In this document: one piece after another, positions 55,801 to 58,546 of the stretch | Layout of the letters: the number at the start of each line of letters is the position of its first letter | How positions within the stretch are numbered: position 1 is the first letter of the stretch | DNA from: an uncultured virus (IMG/VR IMGVR_UViG_3300013232_000003) | Lineage: Duplodnaviria; Heunggongvirae; Uroviricota; Caudoviricetes | Length of the DNA: 58,546 nt | Reading direction: 5' to 3' (one strand) | Virus record (IMG/VR): IMGVR_UViG_3300013232_000003 | Span: 62,001 to 120,546 of that record | Translations under genes and position numbers: made by a program | Notes under the pieces: model-generated | Databases searched by the model: none | What the model was told of the DNA's origin: nothing | What the model saw: the letters and a program-made list of their open reading frames with translations, nothing else

Positions 55801-56395
55801 TGGGGAACAGGCCAGAAGCGATGGCCATGGCACGAAGCTTTTGGGCACCTCCGGTATGGATGGGATCGTTGATAGACTTAAGCTCGGTGGCCAGACGGGC
55901 ACGAACACGACCTACCTTGGTGGTGAGAGAGGCCATCCCTTTTTCGAGCTGATCAGCTTTGGCCTCGATCCCGGTTTGACCCCCAGAGGTAGGATCACCA
56001 ATCAACACTTTGTTGACGGTGGCCATGACGCCCTTGGACACGTCCTGCAATGCCAGTAGTGACTGACTGAGCTGCTTGACCGCGGAGGTCATGGAGGTAA
56101 ACAGGACGGAGCCAGACTCTTCGGTTCCACCCATCAAGCCCTGGCGAAGGACTTCCTGACTAGCGGCCAGATCCGTCTTCATCTTGGCGAGGAATCCGGT
56201 GAACGCATCAGACGAGGCTTTCATCTGTGCCGAAACACCAGAGAACATCGTGGTCATCTGGGCAGTGGTTTCCTGAGTGGCCTTCGCCATCTCAGCCATG
56301 CCCTTAGTCCACTCTGTCAGATCGATACGGGCCTTCGACAGAATTTCGAAGGTTGCCTTCCTAGCCGCGGAGGTGCTGCCCCGATCCTTCCCCAT
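40847..56395 (-). CDS. giant tape measure protein (5182 aa) with C-terminal accessory domains
   Basis: After tail tube and chaperone genes; Ala-rich helical; TP901-type core (~49600-50450: LAHAGL..MAAAGE..ALKYVGP..LSNAGIK..AGTTLR); F[AS]xGG..GEFV modules. Confidence 0.92.
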   Translation of the reverse strand: MGKDRGSTSAARKATFEILSKARIDLTEWTKGMAEMAKATQETTAQMTTMFSGVSAQMKASSDAFTGFLAKMKTDLAASQEVLRQGLMGGTEESGSVLFTSMTSAVKQLSQSLLALQDVSKGVMATVNKVLIGDPTSGGQTGIEAKADQLEKGMASLTTKVGRVRARLATELKSINDPIHTGGAQKLRAMAIASGLFPSESAIDAAIEDAWEKHKSTMSKAVVESTTKLDAEYVMNQRRMVGRTLLQNRLSEFARSKAADEEAFELARQSVRSNKANEAVIRGLFKDINSARRGTREVISGMTGDDTIDQAFIQAQKIRNESVATRTQLLVDSQQEMTNMLASSAAKVTELEAKNKAAKTAFDAAIEARAAALLKSEFNALPQVLTTAFKKEMGQFNDLRELLRAGQTSIVDSRRDLDELEKSRDKFAKDWATGLKKAFGGGPGQKQLKGMMDELRSAMSAPSSLPQETDFQLKANVVGSPAWAEAMLRKFSIPSAAGTPVPGAEVGERLTRDRARVDPVKKLVKLMDSYGKYLFPDAETSRELVQLQKLAGKGRTGAALRRIEALSVEKAFEELAPQERSLANSYRAAVKAMDDFMGGPGQSRPMHQTASTDPEYLRLRARLDSMQGGPEYTAYMKAMDAGSLIGAKLTPEGGIDPADAQRILRSIRSLMTADEKAAADAVSKLYDITSAREELRHLFQGKEKEAFAELRKSLAPQKAPSGDVWPKESLEKRSSLFKEREAIVEKEVKSNSAAYQAHLARMKKILSDAAVPAKEVGLVKDILQHRQFGGFLSDEARALRESMGKAKLGPIVSEARASWRKFEMEIGAGNAEFFRLEKEIKDLTAATRANFQKALKPQAAEPKLVLTPEQQMQMTLRMKLALGQYDSIIAALKVPTENALTGAQFAARVKAEGERFAAQQGVTVDQARTAVAGFGTTAGFTKFRETMVDAFEKNEVLRKNVEETISQRIKSSGASTPEAVAKIRAAVEEASRNSSTREVARILGASMGPYSALIEKVEQEILAGKVKLEGQIAKLPSGEMDRVSSTYMRHIADAFPQVFPTAKAATAYLNKTIFSQQSAASAISGLFAGVVDARKELIADLERQMKTGMDNLAAKQSGVLGKFAALGRGLTRTALLEADRSARFEAADAQYTQALSRLEMFAAKKFGTQVQDLEKLIRDKQAHAEVLAAKIADYMRPAEGKKTPPKSTTTVKGKLELDALVKDAQRTKDELADYREKVGTLREQRFLAIDQKLTGNPELQRAYGELQADVEDTLTNRNILYKKWKVTAEKLHATRVEFEKLASNLDPSGVDSSKAIHVMMKKLRGDLEIEMRAAAEEGRAPIAPRVSDIINNTLGLTDKDRIDVAPDVQKRLQNALDTAVRQITAEGGPFSAIRKARIELAAEIGRRDDVSARLRQPQFADAAIEAAKASIRLITQETDLMVRTAAEKSRALSAPREMLTDSTSAYAEAIAASERKLREVTGKSEAGDILAKYISDYSKKILDSQNVLRRARGEDPADTLAQVLGTEGLAKMEARIRRSAEERLAADISKAEYGGERKSVSAITDEFLTGFKKRFDARETSHADELEAIKKHGEEVRSITLAQEKRNAAALVGIKEETLLSQYTAEAAMQPGGSWKASYATVNRAKRDAAEEAARDAASITERENAATAKTQLALSNLVMNRQLDEYGEYWAKRRTIDTVNLQKETADFVVKTRDMGDLLRKQFAEQKAVPGMDMSLLTKNFGEQMAELSRMSSETMRTLGGRMGKELNAIMEESRRGESRMFAPEVKALNDFIGTSKVQLREAYLTQMRGLQSAASLSGMTPEIEQSMKAIRDHAANSFNFLQGLSGKTRAAIEGDFVSQAETARKAMRTVLGNDVEYHTERVRLEKERMDLAVKNDVARIMSSKKVSEAQARAESSIAPMQAAYNRNLDAQLAAIKQYHGPIQAMSRSLMSFSYQLSHTAMQLQMQGAALMGIVYSVVHYSTMYEKQMALLKGALAETNATTAGATREMENMKRLADESAALSQTSIYDVTSIAETQKVLAHAGLQVNEVISATPRIMDMAAAGEMKLADAANTAVTTMRQFGLEAEQMGRITNVITTTAIATSAEVKGMAEALKYVGPIAANLGMSLEETTVALGLLSNAGIKNSMAGTTLRRMLTALVNPTRREEEVLRSLNVQISDAEGNFVGVIEVLRQLQGALRGSTKVEVSKEFMQLFQQRAGAGAAALFEMLRNNKDAITDLMDKTEEYGKDQLVAKTRTESLEGSLAKLKNSFTALNVAIGERTTGGLKELIQYGTSALQILADLVRGGNELTETFLATGLKTAAAMGLLSTAIATTSFAVSGIASGLSLLTSATISVGAGFGAIKSLITGLRWVGVAAAGGAEGFKLLSLHMANGNTAAKLVGTQMASMHTYITTAMASGTGFVGLLGKMGVTAEALVLTLQGVSAAIGVIGVAVAAVAGYTAYKAWEEYTTVVEDAEMALAGLKEEIAKPPKFFDMSSVIRGMSKEIDAVEGSAKLSGEQRVERVKELALEEVKIMSFRNQKLFILQRELETKLGFNTASFGLFGNRAEIQEELDRVKKLLQDNFASIEAHVKTIRMYGYTELRRDKVNIDDLIRYLDETVGNKKEGIAGIAGLLADDLSDVSQAVKTWGQEMVAAQQRSLNEFYLSRDAVEAYRSSYASMAQLLNSTEVWKVNAFQKEVQRNGMLFMMGDRMVSKNTDLQKSLFDLMGSAEYRAQSDEVSKLTWELSKYESTLSTMVTKVDEAKPKTWSYWEGLRRRQQAVVDAQRKLSNMKWGALPASLTDSEAERRRLGAYIGETTKQAANRMREYYQTLSEIQSKYSAELRMGFVNFDVNQNAEVQILQSGTQKKLGLIKTYYTEVLGNLDKVKAYADKLLLNKETIPDELKPERIAQAYGIALDEVRKNVKTLRQEALSDQQAMHTEFNKLQSEFIEQQRKNRDVLEDLNTPSDMPEFEKIPLLRGEIRELQEEYRKLSEAGDFSGAAKSALALQAKQAELIKIVHKFGEDSWKNLSKDQQDTIAGQDEYFKRKKKYQDENAERAKKDPTGYDKLRELLTGTKDVEEDIASTSRMYANAMKAAMDAVAERQRINIGYLSQLDAISASIEARWERISKTSGLDKAGLNEEGVDISGGTKGTTIAKRYREDKMRETSDTRRNRSQIDFNSSLGVSNSQTAKAAGLVNNVANGVGRLTNRMDDARAAGVSTNQIMQQMGVSASQLRTKLPVKIFFDQEKGLVIINDLDKIKNGADKATDSLAKLAAVKLAPGTDKIHPNFAGVFTNIPTEAEKAAAAIADVAQEEENFDFQLRDSHGKLEAKFDRVSSVMKAMADVAKEGKEAFVLPDPKKGSYAQWRALKDMFEAAAKAHEDEKKALGERFKANMMTEDQFVKALETAESEAHNILGKIKAEIDRLGGLELKPVATAAFLEALDKVKVALGELEPKDVQTTADARVQELQNQVEDKLAREQAAKEKKEKKAATMAGHAAEATKADALAEEQRFAKRAIKSAKKLLSLPGEFIDFLTPDAEQQKRRSRRALAAYYSSFFTTGMGAYASPGTAPYKEKLGPALETKLLSVMQEADSVFSKLDQVDQSRFVEAATLALLGELESSGVPSQFAEKFMSMTKLSIDTGYDDLSGDPLSMFITADITQATTQLKDVLAGAALERAGQIEKIKTDSEAYNAAIKSTGDQLVETASKVQQSYKTYIPSSSYTEGGTSTGPAVETEKKAFGGHISGYGGGDTVPALLEPGEFVLRKESVKKYGTHNIAALNEGRVSKFATGGEVTKKKKKSIGKTDETEDTDSSEEDSTEKTSGKIEDKNKVKSKAPGHYWKYSGYRNYYNPNKMFSEGGLVQMFADGGSVQKPPSSLTSKLKNLWGEVQTMAAYGASWTDENLRKENLEELASRGGVGGSDGIIARTIAGGLSTGVGAIANPLAKVEKYIVDAFGGDTKYAAISNVAKLANMGSEAFAAKEGEGFGQGLMAMLPALAVGAPAGKAVGQAFAQVAKARAGTAAGKLTSAIAPYAQQYATWFAGNPGDPEAALFGAILHGAKIPTVGLAKKLGASDFKQKLVGGATAIGVGSIKGGWNGGLEGAAEEAVSFSIMEALGLHGPRAAKPTGKNKGKGKGKGQGQDLSSNVNETVGDASSVSAFVTRGQKTVDAYNQMKRLKAKYKALSEDARTGKEGQVLRERVATMERVLEELAIDTSGEILWHGGSRGRGAFEATEQAMKRWGVAEVGDQGGFWSPQGQGTYFADRVKAAMHYAKLIEGKKGTLDPKGRPYRDASLYEVEAAPGTTVLPDLMSPISALTPQQLNVAKLRTQFSHSPMVLSVLDMPGATYMDLVRRVAVANGHGSIELMATGGAGFGKRSLRSGPDTVVDDATTAKRRAAENAAMIDIGARGNTAADSTSRQKSLVLDDVGNFQTEQVGTKNYAFRDAGPDSGLKIVNAYIRGKNGDWVPDPLFPAAQRAAQAKFEKMKSISKPKDVAAAVPPATQEYLEITEPEWTRFRAAYDLAHPDPNRRFRLNQVVDPKTGLLTFEGPDLAGLKQLGSGVEINAFGAEQRGDSPKILKISKPRPNETEADFQYRRARKIYDDQAVNPGDLASMEDAGHWIDQFGRKQATWVQNDAGTVAPTVEEVVRTMTDRGYTQAEGDPQTYYRYVNDGKQVQMITDLHLDNVRKLPDGRLVIIDSNHEIASTDYFDKAAPEATVAKMREVAATKGMVKVAQPPEPPKVSTEKAADASFSDLYEEFGKDSSYINEQPTSKKSNVNEAPVPGTEAAKYQDTITQAELDSLAESVGLTSSRTPDALPKPPGAEAAGDASKVDSKKTPTPLPPSVVREATKFLDGSFRDSLDEVVDRPGADRTSEAYKNSVEETLQAVEEGKALSEKLLESPKGEEIYSDFYDAMTTISEKDLDSAVQKMKDALREGNTATGFAKGGLVKGRFANGASASVKTDSSKLKATSSSKHKKKFKNPITLLPSNGGLGFAKGGQVKGRFASGASAPSQPQSSKFKASSSSSHKRRFKNPVNLLPTGGGLGFSTGGHLPGYGGGDRIDIIAESGEFVIRKEAVKRYGIDFISALNQMAVPPSVMPLDRMANAAVSVAPKVAMATGGPVIASDSTSGTGDTVNLNLMIGERVVEVRTTEINKKKLVDAINEVNRREGRTVR
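41237..41548 (-). repeat. tandem 156-bp (52-aa) duplication in the tape measure C-terminus
   Basis: FAKGGLVKGRFANG...FKNPITLLPSNGGLG / FAKGGQVKGRFASG...FKNPVNLLPTGGGLG. Confidence 0.85.
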
Positions 56396-56406
56396 TTTGC
56401 CCTCTC

Positions 56407-56760
56407 CTACAGATCCTTGAACCCCGACCTGAATGCTTGAAGCAGCGCCAGCGCATCCCCGTCAGGATTCTCCTTCACGGGAGCGGATGCCTTGTCCAAG
56501 CTTTTCATGTAGTCAGAAAAGTTTTGGCCAGTACCCCTAGCTGCCATCATGCGAGAGACCGTGTCTTGCTTCAGGTCGTTCGCATCGAGCCGAAGGATAC
56601 TGGCCACGAATGCCTCCATTGTACAGATCGGGTAGGTCTTTACCTCCTCCCAGCTATGGCCCCGCGATATAAGGAACTGCGCGAGGTCAACTAGGCTGTT
56701 TTCTTCTCCTCCGCCTTGTCCGCCTTGAACTTTTCCAGCAGCGCCTGGGCGTTTTTTTTT
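56407..56760 (-). CDS. tail assembly chaperone, -1 frameshift extension (gpGT-like)
   Basis: A AAA AAA AAC slippery run at 56751-56760; the -1 frame is open (KRPGAAGK...LISRGHSWEEVKTY..MEAFV) to 56407. Confidence 0.85.
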   Translation of the reverse strand, partial: KKKRPGAAGKVQGGQGGGEENSLVDLAQFLISRGHSWEEVKTYPICTMEAFVASILRLDANDLKQDTVSRMMAARGTGQNFSDYMKSLDKASAPVKENPDGDALALLQAFRSGFKDL

Positions 56761-57089
56761 GTTTTCTCCCCGAAGTTCTGCTCAACGATAATTGTCGCCA
56801 GCCCAAGTCCGTCCGGGGTGGAGATGGTGTCGAACCACTCCCGGTCTTTCTTGAGCACCATCATCATGAGCTGGAGCACCTCCTCGAAGGCCACCTTGAA
56901 GGCCAGCGAGATTTCATCCGTGGTGTTGATCTCCGTGAGCCCCTCTTGCTGAAGTTTGGAGATAATGGTGGTGACCGCCTCGCTGAACACCGTCAGTTTC
57001 CCGAACGGTATGGGCGAGACGGCCACCTCACTTCCATCCTCAAGCTTGTAGGTGACCCCTGGGAAGAGCTTTTTGAGCTCGTCAGCCAT
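56691..57089 (-). CDS. tail assembly chaperone (gpG-like)
   Basis: Between tail tube and tape measure genes; GAGGGGG RBS; contains the slippery site. Confidence 0.85.
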   Translation of the reverse strand: MADELKKLFPGVTYKLEDGSEVAVSPIPFGKLTVFSEAVTTIISKLQQEGLTEINTTDEISLAFKVAFEEVLQLMMMVLKKDREWFDTISTPDGLGLATIIVEQNFGEKTKKNAQALLEKFKADKAEEKKTA

Positions 57090-57136
57090 GGTATCGTCTA
57101 CCCCCCTCGTGCTCGATTACAACTGGTTGAACTGCA

Positions 57137-58216
57137 TTACACCTTGGTCCGGGTCTCGAGCTGGACCAGCGGGTACCCGTCGACCTTCAGGAAGTCGATC
57201 GTGAACTGCATCTGGGTCCAGTCCGTCCCGATGAGGTTGAAGTCGCCGGTCGGGGCGATACGGCAGTAGCCGATGACATCCACCGGAACGCCAGCCGCGG
57301 GGTTCGCCACGTAGTAGACCCAACCCTTCAGGTTCGCCGTCTGGAAGGCCTGGACGACGTCCTTGTTGCCGGTCTTACCGGAAACGGTGCAGGTGGTGAT
57401 CGTGCCGATGGTCGTCAGGAACATGACCAGACCGGCCGCCGAGTCGAGCATGTAGTCCGTGCCCTCGACCTTGGAATCGGCCACGAACGCCGTGATGTCC
57501 GTGACGCGAAGGCCAGCCGGGTCAACAGCCGCCACCGAGAAGGAGAACTCGTCGCCCTTGTCGAGGTTGGCCGCGGCATCGATCGTGAAATCGAGACCGG
57601 TGTCCGCCGCGACGTTGAGGACGTTGAACGGGGTCGCGTCGGTGACGACGATGCCAGCCGACCACGTGCCACTGCCCACGCGGGTCTGGACTTCGGCCGC
57701 GCCGGAAGCGCCCTCGAGCGAGCAGCGAACGGTGTAGGACAGGCTCGTGCCCGCCGTCTGCGTGCCAGACAGCGTACCGACCGCCGTACCGCTGTTGTTA
57801 GGGTCCGCGGTCACCGCGCTGTTGGTCTTGACCGCTGCCCCACCGCTGAGGTTGATCGGGTACCAGACGTTGAGCGCCGTGAAGAGGGACTTCTGAACCG
57901 CCTGAGCGACGACCGTGGCCGAAGAAGCCGCCGACACCGCGGTGTCCATGAAGAACTTCTGGAGGTTGGACGAGTTCGGCTCATCCAGGGTGAACGTGCC
58001 CGACGCCGAGGTCTTCGTCACGACCGACGCATCGACGAGGCCGATGCCGTCGCGGCTGGACTGGTGCTCGATCTTCTCAACCGCGAGAGAGACGGCAACC
58101 GCCGGGGCGTTGCCGAGGTCCTGGAACCCACCGGCCGCCAGAGTCGCGAGCGAACCGACGTTGTCCGGAAGGAACGTGATCTTGCCTTTTCCTAGGGTGT
58201 AATCCCGAGTAGCCAT
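57137..58216 (-). CDS. major tail (tube) protein
   Basis: YTLGKGKI..DLGNAP..EKIEHQSSR N-terminus, APTGDFNLIG.DW C-terminus; high-expression codon bias; GGAGG RBS. Confidence 0.85.
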   Translation of the reverse strand: MATRDYTLGKGKITFLPDNVGSLATLAAGGFQDLGNAPAVAVSLAVEKIEHQSSRDGIGLVDASVVTKTSASGTFTLDEPNSSNLQKFFMDTAVSAASSATVVAQAVQKSLFTALNVWYPINLSGGAAVKTNSAVTADPNNSGTAVGTLSGTQTAGTSLSYTVRCSLEGASGAAEVQTRVGSGTWSAGIVVTDATPFNVLNVAADTGLDFTIDAAANLDKGDEFSFSVAAVDPAGLRVTDITAFVADSKVEGTDYMLDSAAGLVMFLTTIGTITTCTVSGKTGNKDVVQAFQTANLKGWVYYVANPAAGVPVDVIGYCRIAPTGDFNLIGTDWTQMQFTIDFLKVDGYPLVQLETRTKV

Positions 58217-58229
58217 TGGTGCTTCCTCC

Positions 58230-58546
58230 TTAGTTGTCCGTTTTACTGCCTGTGTTTGGGCGGAACGGCCTTTTTACCCACTTCGCCTCTCTGGTGTATT
58301 GGAACATATACACCAGTTCGACGTCCAGCACACCCTTGTCATACACTACGAAAGTCACAGCGTCAAGCCAGTACTTAACTACGAGGTTACCTTCTTCGTT
58401 GCAGAACAGCTCGTCAACCTCAATGGCATCTGTGATCTTGTCAAGATACTCGTTGGCGGCTTCATACGCTTCCTTGGGGTCAGCCTGAAACCAGTAGCTG
58501 ATTGATACGGGGAAAGTCCTGAGAGTCCAGCCCCTTCTTTCGAGCC
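58230..58546 (-). CDS. partial gene, probably tail terminator/completion protein
   Basis: Open frame from the window edge (LERRGWTLRTFPVSISYWFQ...TDN*), ending at the tail tube gene RBS; 5' end outside the window. Confidence 0.6.
   Translation of the reverse strand, partial: LERRGWTLRTFPVSISYWFQADPKEAYEAANEYLDKITDAIEVDELFCNEEGNLVVKYWLDAVTFVVYDKGVLDVELVYMFQYTREAKWVKRPFRPNTGSKTDN

Noticed and set aside
1..58546. Alternative genetic code or stop-codon reassignment to explain split genes
   Set aside because: Genes are long and intact in the standard code, all three stops are used, and the split junctions change frame rather than read through.

Overview
Part of a large tailed-phage (siphovirus-like) genome, with no bacterial housekeeping genes, tRNAs or CRISPR arrays seen. 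Bases 1-19645 (+ strand) carry a replication/recombination/nucleotide module: primase, SSB-like protein, SF2 helicase, RecA, two PD-(D/E)XK nucleases, a RuvC-like resolvase, a dNTP diphosphohydrolase-like protein, a stand-alone TSCPD domain, ThyX, a UDG-fused family A DNA polymerase with an intein, and many small Cys-rich ORFs. It converges at an intrinsic terminator (~19670-19700) with a - strand tail module: major tail protein, frameshifting chaperone, a 5182-aa tape measure protein, a Dit-like protein and large LamG/FN3/Ig tail-tip proteins. Main observations: (1) about 20 copies of a quasi-palindromic 14-bp site, TGAAATCGATT(TCA/GGA), every 1-4.5 kb over 45 kb, independent of reading frame and gene orientation; (2) an HNH endonuclease written in the +1 frame over the polymerase intein; (3) ART-like and kinase-like domains inside the tape measure protein, between duplicated C-terminal modules; (4) LamG and FN3 domains each cut in two at ATGA gene junctions; (5) an HNH gene lying between an orphan primase 5' remnant and a divergent complete primase; (6) a C-terminal [KR]RT[LI][IV][IVL][DN] peptide shared by the polymerase and two other proteins. 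All calls come from reading motifs by eye; no database searches were run.
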